DNA from: a virus | Length of the DNA: 44,891 nt | Direction: 5' to 3' (one strand) | Virus genome (UHGV): UHGV-0435695 | Shown: positions 7,466-17,835 of the stretch, piece after piece | Position numbering within the stretch: position 1 is the first letter of the stretch | How the letters are laid out: every line of letters begins with the position of its first letter | The notes under the pieces: generated by a model | Databases searched by the model: none | Seen by the model: only the letters and a program-made list of their open reading frames with translations | Told to the model about the DNA's origin: nothing | Position numbers and translations under genes: made by a program

Positions 7466-8401
7466 CTATATGCTGCATTTTAATTCCCTTAATGTCATAT
7501 TGACAACTGATGTACTTGCTGTGGTCCGCATAAATAGCGATATATATATAAATCGTGTTCCGGTAATATTGGATACATCAAAACTATTCGTTTTTAAATT
7601 GCCCGATGTATTTGGTATCTCTCTTCTCCAATAATCTCCCAGTCCAGTATTATAATCTTTTCCAGAACCGCTGGAAGCTCGCATATATATGTAATCACTA
7701 ACATATCCAGTAGCCAGAATCATTTCACACCCACCAGATGCGTTGGCGAGGGAATATTTTAACGTTATTCGGTTGATATTATCAAAGTTAAGAGGAACAT
7801 TAAATACAATTGCCGTTGTTACATAATCTGTGCTAAGAGGGTTTTCGATATGGATGTTATCCCGTCCAAAGGTTACGTCCCCTTTATAGTACGGTCCTCC
7901 TTTGCGCCCAAAGGAAGGAAAAGAGCTTATTGATTGTCCAGGAGCAAACACACCATTGTAATATGGCGTATATGGGTCGTCATTTTCATATCCTTCGTAA
8001 GTTCCTACGATAGTTGTGTCTCCTACCCTAATGACTACATTCTTTTTTATATTTGATGCAATAAGATTAGGTAAGCTTTCGACAAAAACATCGCCTGACA
8101 TATATTTACCAGTTGTATCTACTGTTTGTAAATCTGCGCTCGGAACAACGTACTGATTACCTAATGTAGGTATATTTTGTGTTACTGTGCTACCCGATTT
8201 ATAAAACCCTTCTCCTAAAGATAAAGTTTGATTTAATTGTAGTTCATGCTTTTCGGGTTGTATAATCGGCATTGTTCCAATTTGTTCTTCATCACTTCCA
8301 CGACCTAAAAATATTTTTCCTTCTTTTACACTCGATGGAAGGGCAGTTAAATCACTTGTATCTGCATTAGCTCCATTTTTTTTAATTATACAATCAGCCA
8401 T
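7466..8401 (-). CDS. Tail fiber or receptor-binding protein; paralogous N-terminus with the next gene
   Basis: Shares MADCI...GTMP...IPTLGNQYVVP with 8403-8807. Start chosen at MADCIIKK. Confidence 0.5.
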   Translation of the reverse strand: MADCIIKKNGANADTSDLTALPSSVKEGKIFLGRGSDEEQIGTMPIIQPEKHELQLNQTLSLGEGFYKSGSTVTQNIPTLGNQYVVPSADLQTVDTTGKYMSGDVFVESLPNLIASNIKKNVVIRVGDTTIVGTYEGYENDDPYTPYYNGVFAPGQSISSFPSFGRKGGPYYKGDVTFGRDNIHIENPLSTDYVTTAIVFNVPLNFDNINRITLKYSLANASGGCEMILATGYVSDYIYMRASSGSGKDYNTGLGDYWRREIPNTSGNLKTNSFDVSNITGTRFIYISLFMRTTASTSVVNMTLRELKCSI

Positions 8402-8402
8402 T

Positions 8403-8807
8403 TTAATCAACCCATCCCTCAAACGTCCCGGTATACGGACCTATTTTTACTCCTTTTTTTATTACATCATTTGAAATACCTACAATACCACCAATAAAAA
8501 CATTTCCAGTCATATATGTTCCTTTGACTCCAGCTGTTATTCCATTGATGGCAGGGTCAACATATTGTGCTCCCAATGTTGGAATATCTTGTTTTAATGT
8601 TATTGAAACAAAATACCCTTCTGGAATAGAAAACTTCCCGTTAATGGGAAAATCATGTTCTACATTGTAATAAGTAGGCATAGTTCCTTCTTGTGTATTT
8701 TCTGTCCCAGAACCAATAAACGTTTCTCCATACCTAACATCTTCCGGTTTTGCAGTAAGATAGTCATTATTAAACATACCACCATTATAAAGTATACAGT
8801 CCGCCAT
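8403..8807 (-). CDS. Phage tail protein sharing its N-terminal domain with the 7466-8401 fiber
   Basis: Begins MADCILYNGG, with GTMP and IPTLGAQYVDP motifs. Confidence 0.5.
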   Translation of the reverse strand: MADCILYNGGMFNNDYLTAKPEDVRYGETFIGSGTENTQEGTMPTYYNVEHDFPINGKFSIPEGYFVSITLKQDIPTLGAQYVDPAINGITAGVKGTYMTGNVFIGGIVGISNDVIKKGVKIGPYTGTFEGWVD

Positions 8808-9283
8808 TAATCACCTGCTCCTTTCACCAGAATCTGAAAATCGGAAGATGGTTTGGAACCATAACAGTATAATGTAACAATTCCATTTCCACTTTCGGTT
8901 CTATCAATATATCCAAAAGCCTTTTTTCTCTCTCTGGCTACACTTGCAGTTGGGTCATCTCCCAAGTATGGACCGCCAATAATAAGTCCCGTTTCCTCCT
9001 TTGCTCCCGGTACACTGACCGTCTGAGTATACGGAACAGAGGTGCTCCAATTTGCTGAAGGAACCATAATTCTTTTTATACCCTTGATATTTTCGATTTC
9101 AGAGTTGTTTTGCAATACCGCTTTGTTGGTTTCATTAATATCATCCGCAGAAAAAATATCTCCGATTTCTTGATACTCTGTTTTATCTTCAAGCGTTGTT
9201 AGGCCGGTTAATGCATCTGTGGTCATTTTGTATTTACGCAGGCCAGAAAACTTATCATTTTTAAAGTTTGTTTTTAAATTCAT
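8807..9283 (-). CDS. Hypothetical tail/baseplate protein
   Basis: ORF lying in the tail module. Confidence 0.45.
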   Translation of the reverse strand: MNLKTNFKNDKFSGLRKYKMTTDALTGLTTLEDKTEYQEIGDIFSADDINETNKAVLQNNSEIENIKGIKRIMVPSANWSTSVPYTQTVSVPGAKEETGLIIGGPYLGDDPTASVARERKKAFGYIDRTESGNGIVTLYCYGSKPSSDFQILVKGAGD

Positions 9284-9720
9284 AGTTTGATACCTCTGTT
9301 ACCAAGGACTTTGGTTCCTAATTTAAACGACAAATATTGAGGACCCGGATAGGATTTTTCAATCAAATTACCTAAATCATAAATGATTTTTTCGATGGCA
9401 TTGGCTTGATAAATTGATGTGTATGTTATCTTATCGGGAGTAAGTGGAGTGCTGCTGTCTGTATAGTATGCATTTCTTATTTCAACTATATTTTTTCTCA
9501 GACGTTCCATTTCTTTATCCGTTCTATGGTCCTCTGGTTTCCAATTCAGCTTGTTATTTGTTGTATTTCTATATCCATATTGATTAAGAACATAAGATAC
9601 CCATTTAACTGCCTGTTCGATACGGTTGAGGTCTTTGTAATCAATGTAAGCTTTGTCGGTTAATTCTATTATATCTGACTGCGTACGGTCAAAAATAAGG
9701 GATTCTAAATACTTACTCAT
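9280..9720 (-). CDS. Hypothetical tail protein
   Basis: ORF in the tail module with overlapping stop/start. Confidence 0.45.
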   Translation of the reverse strand: MSKYLESLIFDRTQSDIIELTDKAYIDYKDLNRIEQAVKWVSYVLNQYGYRNTTNNKLNWKPEDHRTDKEMERLRKNIVEIRNAYYTDSSTPLTPDKITYTSIYQANAIEKIIYDLGNLIEKSYPGPQYLSFKLGTKVLGNRGIKL

Positions 9721-11506
9721 GTATTTTCACCTCTGCCTTAATTTCGTTGGGAGAAAAGCTATAATTGTAGCTCTCAATGATACCTGTGCGGTATCCATCG
9801 TAATCTGTATCAATCTTGACTTTCTGTCCTAATTTTTTTGTTCCAATAAGAACATCTCCCACCACATTTTCTGCTCGCTGATAATATGCATATACGCGGT
9901 CAAGTACTTGCTGCGCATTACTACTATAAACCAATGTTGCGTCTGTTACTTCACGGATATTTTTATTAAATACAATATCTGGATTTTCTTTAAGGATTGA
10001 TGTGGTGAGATGGTTGTATCTCTTACCAGTCAGTGTTACATTTCCACCAGTTCCAGTTATATAGGCATAGTTATCCCCATGCTGACCAATGATTCCACCA
10101 GCTATGTCCAGACTGTGATAAGGCTCGCTAAAAATAATCTCTGCTGTTCCATTTAAAGTATCATTATATAATTCTTGCGCTTCATCAGATTTTTGATAAG
10201 TATGTACTGTCAGCCGGATTCCAGTAACAATATCAGAATGCTCTAATGTAACACCGGAAAACACTTCATCCGACAAGAATTCACCACTTAAAGCATTCTC
10301 CTGTGGATATATAACAATTCCATCGTAATTGCTTGTATCTGAAATAGCTCCAATAGCAAAGCATATGTATACTAATGCGTTTCTCTTTGTGGTATACGGT
10401 ATGTATCCATAAAGCGGAATATCTGAAAATGATTCATCCAATAAATAATTAAAATCTTCATTCTCGAATATTTTCTCTAATACCTCAGAAACCGGCTGGC
10501 CTGTATATATTCCTCCAGTGAACTCATTACCATCCAATACACCCACTGCATCATGTGCGTCCATATGGTAATCTGTTTTGTTTTTCCTTGCGCCGTTTTT
10601 AAGGTAAAAGTTCCCTATCAATTCTCCATTAAAATACAAAGCAAGTTTCTGCTTTTTTTGTAAATCAAATGGTATATTGGATGTTGTTCTGACGGTAAAA
10701 TTTAAAGTGTTAATACTTATACTTTCTGATATTGCATTGATTTCTTGCAGACAATTTATTTCCAATAATTCGTTGTCTAAGAAATCCCTGTATATCCCGT
10801 AATCTATCCTTGTCACAAATACCGGCCTGATGGGTTTTGATGTCTGTAAAAATGTAATTTCAAGCTTGTTGTATCCTTTCACATAATTATTACAAAAATA
10901 TCGAACTGAATCCGGGTAAAACTCCATATCTGACAACAGGTTATTATCCGCGTACCACTTAATTCTCATTCTAGTGCAATAATCGCCCGACATCATATTG
11001 AAAGTAAAAAGCAACCCTACACTTGTAAATTTCTGATTAAATATCACCGTTAACATGGGCGATTCAATCAACGTTTCAGTTGTTAATTTAGGATATAAAA
11101 ACATTCCTGGATGCAAACCTATTTGGGGCTTAAGCCCTTGGCTTTGCTTAACATATCCGAACAATCCCTGCTCATTTGATACTTCTGGGCTTATATATCC
11201 ATACGGAAGTGGATTATCTGGAAAATTGACATACTTTCCATTTAACAGAGAAAACCTTGGAAAGCATAGAGCATATCCAGGATAAGAAATATCATCTCGC
11301 TTTAATTCCGGAAATTCCTGCTCTGTTATCGTTCTGCGCGGATGTAAACCAGGGCCTGGATGAAGCCCTAATCTCGGTCTTAATCCAGGTCTTGTAATGG
11401 ATGCTGTGCTATTTTCTTTGGCATAAGGGGCCAAGTCGTCATAAACAATCTTTAATCCCTCAGTGTTCTGTTCTGCGTCAGATAATATGGATTGCTTTAA
11501 AAACAC
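9713..11506 (-). CDS. Tail-associated endopeptidase-type protein (Tal-like; prophage endopeptidase tail family)
   Basis: 597 aa, immediately after the Dit-like and TMP genes. Contains GLHPG/GLRPR proline-glycine repeats. Confidence 0.55.
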   Translation of the reverse strand: MFLKQSILSDAEQNTEGLKIVYDDLAPYAKENSTASITRPGLRPRLGLHPGPGLHPRRTITEQEFPELKRDDISYPGYALCFPRFSLLNGKYVNFPDNPLPYGYISPEVSNEQGLFGYVKQSQGLKPQIGLHPGMFLYPKLTTETLIESPMLTVIFNQKFTSVGLLFTFNMMSGDYCTRMRIKWYADNNLLSDMEFYPDSVRYFCNNYVKGYNKLEITFLQTSKPIRPVFVTRIDYGIYRDFLDNELLEINCLQEINAISESISINTLNFTVRTTSNIPFDLQKKQKLALYFNGELIGNFYLKNGARKNKTDYHMDAHDAVGVLDGNEFTGGIYTGQPVSEVLEKIFENEDFNYLLDESFSDIPLYGYIPYTTKRNALVYICFAIGAISDTSNYDGIVIYPQENALSGEFLSDEVFSGVTLEHSDIVTGIRLTVHTYQKSDEAQELYNDTLNGTAEIIFSEPYHSLDIAGGIIGQHGDNYAYITGTGGNVTLTGKRYNHLTTSILKENPDIVFNKNIREVTDATLVYSSNAQQVLDRVYAYYQRAENVVGDVLIGTKKLGQKVKIDTDYDGYRTGIIESYNYSFSPNEIKAEVKIHE

Positions 11507-11507
11507 A

Positions 11508-11918
11508 TCACGGCCTCCTCTGCGGCTCCATAGCGGTAAAGGTAATAGATAACCCGGTCCAATGGTTACGCTGCCCTTCTTTTCCGTTCTTGTTGATTTT
11601 TATTTCATCATCCCCGCTTGTTATGTATGCTTCAAACTCTTTGGTTTCCTGTCCGTAAGGAAATACCATATTGTGAGACTCAACCGGGGCAGATATGATT
11701 TCGTAGAACGTATCATAGTCAGCCGGATTACTTCTTTCCGCATCAATATCAAGCGTATAATTGTAAAATGTACCAATGATATCCCGGTGCATCCGGTAAG
11801 ACTGCAAACGTCCAGAATTTTCACTATCAGCAACTGAAAAATTCCGTTTTAAGGATTTTACCCATAGACGAAGATTAACTCCGTCTATGGTAAATACTCC
11901 GTTTCCATTCTGTGCCAT
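11508..11918 (-). CDS. Distal tail protein-like (Dit) phage tail family protein
   Basis: Lies between the TMP and the Tal-like gene. Confidence 0.45.
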   Translation of the reverse strand: MAQNGNGVFTIDGVNLRLWVKSLKRNFSVADSENSGRLQSYRMHRDIIGTFYNYTLDIDAERSNPADYDTFYEIISAPVESHNMVFPYGQETKEFEAYITSGDDEIKINKNGKEGQRNHWTGLSITFTAMEPQRRP

Positions 11919-14362
11919 TATGCACTCCCTTCTGTTACCATTCTTACACCTACACGATTCTTTTCGTTATTTCCAAATTTAACTACAAGCTGACCGAATC
12001 TTGTACCATCAAGGATTAATTCAGCTTTTGCAATCTGATTTCCACCAGATATATTGCTTTCTGCCAGTGCTTCTTTAAGGGCTTGCTTCATAGTTGATAG
12101 AGGTGATACCACTTCAGTTTCACGGTTGTTGTCTCCCAAAATAGCCGCAAACATTCCGGCCCGTGGTGGCACTACTGTACCAGTTGCAAGCATTGGCATT
12201 TTGTATGGGACCGCTGCATAAGCAGACATTGGGTAGGCATTTCTTCCCCCATATCCGGAAGATGCAGCACGTTTACCAGAATTAATAGCAATGGTAGCAG
12301 CGGCTATTCCTGCGGCCAATGAAGCTGCTACAACACCGGCTCCTACTCCACCAGCCAATGCGCCCAAAGCCACCGCTAAAATTCCTACTGCCGAAGCCGC
12401 TGCAAGTATACTTGCTATGACTTTTTCTGTTGGTGACATGTTATTCCAGTTTTTTGCCAGCACAGCAATCAGCGATATTATACCTGATATAGCAAGGACA
12501 AGTGGATTTATATTTGATACAGTTCTTGCTAAAAGTGAAATAACACGTTCTCCGATTGCCATGAATCCTCCAAGGTTACTTATTAATTGTCCTATCCCAA
12601 ATACAAATTCTGAAAACTTCCATGCTGCAAAAAATGCCAGTACTGCAAGTGTAATATTTTCCACCAATGTCTGGTTTTGACTTATCCAGTCCGAAAATCT
12701 AGTAAGCCATTCCACAATTTTTTCTAATGCAGCTATGATAACTCCCCCGGTCCACTCTCCTAATGGCTGTAAAAATTCTTCCCATAACCATATTCCCAAA
12801 GGCTTAAGTGCATCAATCACACTATGTATTGCTTTTAATGCTGCCGCAATTAAATCAAATACTGCCGGCAATGCTTGTTCTATTCCCCATTTTGCAATTG
12901 GAAGCAATACATTGTTAAGAAACCACAATAATAAATTTCCAACATCTGATACAATGGGTTTTATAGCAATTAAAATCCTATCAAAGCTTTCCAGCAAAGG
13001 AGTAAAATCTAAATCCGCAGACCATTCTTTCAAACTTTCTGATGACTGACGGAAAAATCCTGTTATTTCAAGAATGATATCCCCCAAGTGTCTTAAAATG
13101 TTTGTCCCGGTATCGCCAGATACCCATGCCTTATCAAAGTTGGTGACTAAATTTCCGACTGTATCAACTAGATTTGAAAATGTGATTAGTAAATCATCTG
13201 TAATTGCTTTCCCATATCCCTCTACGTTCCACACCTGCATGAATGATGCGCCCACATCACTTGCAAGTTGCTTGATAGCAGAAAATGTATTTTGCAGTGA
13301 ACTCATTACCTGCGGGCCATTTTCAAACCACGATTCCTTAAGTGGGTCGAACAGTTTTCCCAGAGTATCTTTTATTGCTTCTGCCTGCAACTTAATGTCA
13401 TTTGATACTTCTTCAGTGATAAACATATCTTCCGGTTTAAGTTCGTTCTTATCTTCCTTCTTTTTCTTGCCGGTTGTTATCTGTATCAGCTTATCAAATG
13501 GTGCTAATGCCTTTTCTGTTTCTTTGGCTGCATCTTTGGTTTCATCCTTCGTCTTGTCCAGGCTATCAGCATAATCTTGCTGTACCTTAACCGCCTTAAC
13601 AAATGTATCCTTTCCGGTTAATGCTGCCAATAGTTGCGCCGTCCAGGTGACGGCCTGGGATAGTAAATTGATAAACTGAGTCAGGGCCGGAGCTACATAC
13701 TCAACCAACGGGGAAAAGGCTGTGGCGAAAGAGTTTTTAAGCCGAGTCATACCAGACATCAGTATGGATAACGCCTTATTGGTATCATCCGAATACTGGG
13801 CCAGATTATCAATACCTTCTTTTAATCCGCCTGTTACTGCGGAAATGGCGCGGAATACAGTGCTAAATAAGATAGATGTTGCAAGCATTCGGCCCAATCC
13901 CATTCGTGCACCGCGGGCGGCTTTCTCAGTACCTTTTAAAGATTTATTGAGCTTACTTCCACTTTTGCTTGCTTTCTTTTGTTCATTATCAACACCGAGC
14001 AATTTTTTCTTATAATCCTGCATTGCTTTTTTCGCCCGCTGCAATCCTGCTAATGCTTTGTCGTATGGTGCATCTCCAAGTCCATAACCAGCTTTTTCAG
14101 CGTAATACAATGCATCTTTATACCGGTCCACTTCATCTTGCAAATTGCGTACACTCGGTGTAAGATTTTGTATAGATTTTGAAGCAGATGAAAATGTATG
14201 TTTCATTATACTTGGTATATCTTTAAAGGCCTGGGGCAGAAGCTTTATGTAATCCATCGTTCCAGACAGGGTTCTTTTAATATCTTCGCTCCCCGTTTTT
14301 GCACCATCAGTATTGATTTTTGTATTTATTAATACTGTTCCATCTGGCTGCAAAAACATCAC
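11918..14362 (-). CDS. Tail tape measure protein
   Basis: 814 aa with long helical and hydrophobic Gly/Ala-rich segments, downstream of the chaperone pair. Confidence 0.85.
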   Translation of the reverse strand: MMFLQPDGTVLINTKINTDGAKTGSEDIKRTLSGTMDYIKLLPQAFKDIPSIMKHTFSSASKSIQNLTPSVRNLQDEVDRYKDALYYAEKAGYGLGDAPYDKALAGLQRAKKAMQDYKKKLLGVDNEQKKASKSGSKLNKSLKGTEKAARGARMGLGRMLATSILFSTVFRAISAVTGGLKEGIDNLAQYSDDTNKALSILMSGMTRLKNSFATAFSPLVEYVAPALTQFINLLSQAVTWTAQLLAALTGKDTFVKAVKVQQDYADSLDKTKDETKDAAKETEKALAPFDKLIQITTGKKKKEDKNELKPEDMFITEEVSNDIKLQAEAIKDTLGKLFDPLKESWFENGPQVMSSLQNTFSAIKQLASDVGASFMQVWNVEGYGKAITDDLLITFSNLVDTVGNLVTNFDKAWVSGDTGTNILRHLGDIILEITGFFRQSSESLKEWSADLDFTPLLESFDRILIAIKPIVSDVGNLLLWFLNNVLLPIAKWGIEQALPAVFDLIAAALKAIHSVIDALKPLGIWLWEEFLQPLGEWTGGVIIAALEKIVEWLTRFSDWISQNQTLVENITLAVLAFFAAWKFSEFVFGIGQLISNLGGFMAIGERVISLLARTVSNINPLVLAISGIISLIAVLAKNWNNMSPTEKVIASILAAASAVGILAVALGALAGGVGAGVVAASLAAGIAAATIAINSGKRAASSGYGGRNAYPMSAYAAVPYKMPMLATGTVVPPRAGMFAAILGDNNRETEVVSPLSTMKQALKEALAESNISGGNQIAKAELILDGTRFGQLVVKFGNNEKNRVGVRMVTEGSA

Positions 14363-14363
14363 C

Positions 14364-14921
14364 TCACTTTAGCAACTCAGAAAAATACTCATACTCCTCT
14401 TTTGACTTATCTTTTGTTCCTTCAAGTTCACATAGTTTTTTGTTATTATTCAAAAATTCCTGTTCCCATTTCTCCAGACGTTTTCCTTTTGTTAGCTTCT
14501 GACGGATGGAAAGAACCTGCGAAAACAATCCATCTCCAATTTCCATAAACCATCCATAAAAAGTCCACCAATGGATAATTTGACATCCGCGCGTCTCAAA
14601 TCCTGCAATCCGGTTTACAGCCGGGAAAATGATTCCTGCGTCCTGTTCCCAGTCAATCACACGGGGAGATGGAGTATCTTCATGCGCTACACCACAGTCA
14701 ATAAACCATAATGCTTTTTCTGCCGCTTCTGCTAAGTCCTGAGGAGGCGGTATAACAGGCCAGTATAAGATTTCAATCATTGCCTGTGTTTTCTCTGGGT
14801 CAGATAATTCTTCATCGGCAAACGCTGATAAAATATCCAGTACCGCCCGAAAATCCTCACGGATTTCATAATTTATTCCATTAACAGAGAGAGAATATGG
14901 GAGGGACCATGCCGCACTCAT
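14364..14921 (-). CDS. Phage Gp15-family tail assembly chaperone
   Basis: Sequence resembles the Gp15 family found in Listeria A118-like phages; positioned before the TMP. Confidence 0.55.
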   Translation of the reverse strand: MSAAWSLPYSLSVNGINYEIREDFRAVLDILSAFADEELSDPEKTQAMIEILYWPVIPPPQDLAEAAEKALWFIDCGVAHEDTPSPRVIDWEQDAGIIFPAVNRIAGFETRGCQIIHWWTFYGWFMEIGDGLFSQVLSIRQKLTKGKRLEKWEQEFLNNNKKLCELEGTKDKSKEEYEYFSELLK

Positions 14922-15388
14922 TTTACAGGAAATGGATATTTACCAGGGCCAGCATTATACTGTTGTGTATATTTTCCGGCTTTACTTTCCATTTCCGTGA
15001 AATTTTTACCCGTTTCCTGCTCTATAATTTTTTTAACACTCTCAAGTATCACCAGCGCCCAAGGGTCGCCGTTTTCCATAGGGGTAAATGGACTAGCAAT
15101 TTTGAAGAAGCCAGAAGTGTCTGCGTTAAATAGATAATCAAATTTTTCCTGGAGAGACTTAGCATATTTATTAATTATTTCTAACGACAGTTCTTCCTTC
15201 TTCTTATTATCAAGAGTTGTTTTTAATTCCCTCCACATATCCTCAAATGCTTTATACACATTCTGCTGCCGTTCGAATATGTCAAGGTCTGACGGTACAA
15301 ATTTCAGAGTTGCCAGTATATCTCCATGCTGGTCCGTAAAATCGTAGTATTTAACCGGGCTTTCAATATTTATTGTAATGTTAGGCAT
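14918..15388 (-). CDS. Tail assembly chaperone
   Basis: Acidic, lies between the major tail and Gp15 genes, and overlaps the next gene by 4 bp. Confidence 0.5.
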   Translation of the reverse strand: MPNITINIESPVKYYDFTDQHGDILATLKFVPSDLDIFERQQNVYKAFEDMWRELKTTLDNKKKEELSLEIINKYAKSLQEKFDYLFNADTSGFFKIASPFTPMENGDPWALVILESVKKIIEQETGKNFTEMESKAGKYTQQYNAGPGKYPFPVK

Positions 15389-15399
15389 GATTAATCTCC

Positions 15400-15936
15400 T
15401 TAGTCGGACAACGAAGCAGGACTTGTTCCATCAGCCGTAAAAGTCATTGTTTTTGGGTCTACAGCGCCAAGAGTCCTGTCGCCTACATAGTGTACTGTAT
15501 GAGCTGCGGAAACACCTTTCAGGCCGCCTGCAAAATCTCCCAACTCAACAACACCCTCCTGCACCCATGCACGCATCTTTCCCGTGTCGTCGGTTTTGTA
15601 TCGCTTTACACAGAGATATTTCAATCGCAAATCTGACAGAGTTGCTCTTTCCTCCATGAGCGTATCTATCTTCTGGGCGTATTTACTCTCACCCGATACA
15701 TTGGTTGGGTCAACTGTCATGCTTTCCGAATAGCCGGTGATATCATAATTATTATTTCCAAGCACATCCTGGCTTTCTTCCGTATCTGGATTCATCGAAA
15801 TTGGCATATCCTCAACGCCTTTTCCAATAATCTCAAGTTTATCTTTTGTGATATTTGTGGCGTTTCCATCCGTTATCCAAAAGACCATAAAATCTTTTCT
15901 TTTTGCCTCTCCATCGGCATAAGTCCATGTTGCCAC
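15400..15936 (-). CDS. Major tail protein
   Basis: Start chosen as the GTG at 15936, 7 nt after a GAAAGGAG RBS. Ser/Thr/Gly-rich beta-type protein. Confidence 0.6.
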   Translation of the reverse strand: MATWTYADGEAKRKDFMVFWITDGNATNITKDKLEIIGKGVEDMPISMNPDTEESQDVLGNNNYDITGYSESMTVDPTNVSGESKYAQKIDTLMEERATLSDLRLKYLCVKRYKTDDTGKMRAWVQEGVVELGDFAGGLKGVSAAHTVHYVGDRTLGAVDPKTMTFTADGTSPASLSD

Positions 15937-15950
15937 TGTTTTTCTCCTTT

Positions 15951-15983
15951 CAAATAAAAATAGAGCCATCACACAAGGCTCTG
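15951..15983 (-). terminator. Possible rho-independent terminator on the minus strand
   Basis: Stem agagcc / ggctct with a 9-nt loop, followed in minus sense by TATTTTTATTT. Confidence 0.35.
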
Positions 15984-16000
15984 CGTCTTAGCGTCTGGCT

Positions 16001-16516
16001 CTACCATCTTTCAAAATCATATTTATATTCTATCGATACTGGAAGTATCCAATCCTGCACACCATTTTCTTGAGGTTCCAGGCCATATGAATTATCACGG
16101 GTAATTTTGGTTATCTTTCTTCCCTGGGATAATATAGGATATTCTGATAATCGTTGCTCATTCCCACCAATCACAACCGGCTCACGACACAGCCATTTAC
16201 CAAACGTATCAAGAAATTCTTGTATGCTTATTTTCTGCCGTTCTTTTGTAGAAGATGTGCGGTATACAATATAAAAGGGATACTGGCAGGTCTGGTGAAC
16301 TCCTCCAATCACATCCTCTGTTTCAGAAAATATTAAAGCTCCGTTATCTGCCGAAAATGCAATTCCGCAATCTTTTTCTAGTTCTTCAAATTTAACAGCT
16401 TCATATTCATATAAACCTGGGAATTGATTAAGCAAGGCCTTGACAGCTGTCGTTAATACATCATAACCGCTTGCATCTTTCCCGATTGGTTTTCGTTCAT
16501 CATCCACGTTTTCCAC
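16001..16516 (-). CDS. Hypothetical head-tail joining or tail completion protein
   Basis: ORF in the head-tail module. Confidence 0.45.
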   Translation of the reverse strand: MENVDDERKPIGKDASGYDVLTTAVKALLNQFPGLYEYEAVKFEELEKDCGIAFSADNGALIFSETEDVIGGVHQTCQYPFYIVYRTSSTKERQKISIQEFLDTFGKWLCREPVVIGGNEQRLSEYPILSQGRKITKITRDNSYGLEPQENGVQDWILPVSIEYKYDFERW

Positions 16517-16991
16517 CTCCAGCCGTTTTCTTGACTTGCTTTATCCACTCTTTATCATCTGCTTTTTTTGCTGCATCAAACCATTTAGCCTGTGCCTTAG
16601 GGTGCGCTGTTTTGGTATACTGTAAATCCTCTTTTGCTTTGGTTTTTCCGCTATACTGGCTAACCAGCACTTTCTTTTCGCCTTTTTTTGCCCATGTACT
16701 GCCCGTCACTGGGCTAACCATAGTTTTACCCCAATATAAAAAATGACCAGCAGGTCCATAGGCAGCATATACTTTTCCAATTCCTTGTATTGCAGCGCTT
16801 GCGGCTCTGGTAACATCCACAAAATTGCCTGTAATCATAGGCATAAAAGTGACCATACTATTCATGACATTTCCGTCAAGTTCATACTGCGCACGCTGGA
16901 ATTGTTTATCAAACCGTGACAAATTGAGCTGTACTTTGATGTCAGCATCAATAATGGAAAAGCCTTTAAAATGTGTCGATTTACTTGTCAT
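16500..16991 (-). CDS. Phage minor capsid / head-tail protein
   Basis: ORF; the ATG at 16991 is preferred over the TTG at 17012. Confidence 0.45.
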   Translation of the reverse strand: MTSKSTHFKGFSIIDADIKVQLNLSRFDKQFQRAQYELDGNVMNSMVTFMPMITGNFVDVTRAASAAIQGIGKVYAAYGPAGHFLYWGKTMVSPVTGSTWAKKGEKKVLVSQYSGKTKAKEDLQYTKTAHPKAQAKWFDAAKKADDKEWIKQVKKTAGGGKRG

Positions 16992-16992
16992 A

Positions 16993-17469
16993 CTACTTAC
17001 CCAATATCTCAAAGTGAGGAATCACAGAGTATGGACCTCCAACAGAGGATACCAAATATACGAAGTCATACTGATTATTCATATAGGCATAAAACCCGCC
17101 ACGATAATCTTCATCGTTTACTGAACCACTATCCCATACCCCTTCCCAAAAAAAACAATCATCCGATGCATCAAAGGTAATGGTATCGTCCAACAAATCA
17201 TTTACCTGCCGCCTCCATTTCTTCGGAGGGAGCCACGGCAATTCTTTACCGTCTACATTGCGGATTATCTGTTTACCGTCTTGTAATTCGTAAACTATGT
17301 GTAATTCGGCATTATCCGTGCTGTCTGGCCCATACTTTTTTAGTATTGCGCCTTTGTCAGTATTAAGGTCAACGCCAGATAATATATGGGGATACCAAAT
17401 ACCAACACCTGTTGTGGATGATTCGTAGTAATTAAAAACTGTCACTGTGGCATTGTACATATTCACCAC
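16993..17469 (-). CDS. Hypothetical head-tail protein
   Basis: ORF. Confidence 0.45.
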   Translation of the reverse strand: MVNMYNATVTVFNYYESSTTGVGIWYPHILSGVDLNTDKGAILKKYGPDSTDNAELHIVYELQDGKQIIRNVDGKELPWLPPKKWRRQVNDLLDDTITFDASDDCFFWEGVWDSGSVNDEDYRGGFYAYMNNQYDFVYLVSSVGGPYSVIPHFEILGK

Positions 17470-17472
17470 CTG

Positions 17473-17835
17473 TTATCGTTTCTTTTTTCTTTGTTCAACT
17501 TTTGATGCTTCATCCAATATTCTAGATGAGTCAAATATGTGACGCTTTTCAATAATTTGAGAAGCATTAGATACTTTTAATAATACTTCTTTTAGCTGTT
17601 TACCTATTTCTTGCAAAGATTCAATTTCATTTTGATATTTTTTTTGAGCGCTGGGATACTTCTTTATCCTTTCATTAGCTAAATCAATATTTCTATTGAT
17701 AGTATCAATAGCATTATTTCTGATTTGTTCGGCCCATTTAACTTGTTTTTCTGAACCTTTTAAAGTTGGCAGTCCTTTAAAAGATATTTTCTGGTTTTTG
17801 AAAGATAATCCACTCGTTCCCCCTCTACCACTCAT
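17473..17835 (-). CDS. Hypothetical protein
   Basis: Start MSGRGG, with a GAGGT RBS. Confidence 0.45.
   Translation of the reverse strand: MSGRGGTSGLSFKNQKISFKGLPTLKGSEKQVKWAEQIRNNAIDTINRNIDLANERIKKYPSAQKKYQNEIESLQEIGKQLKEVLLKVSNASQIIEKRHIFDSSRILDEASKVEQRKKKR

Noticed and set aside
12291-13574. Plus-strand ORFs (129, 104 and 166 aa) inside the tape-measure gene
   Set aside because: They are antisense shadow ORFs of a long, well-supported minus-strand gene, with low-complexity Ala/Ser/Pro products and no RBS.
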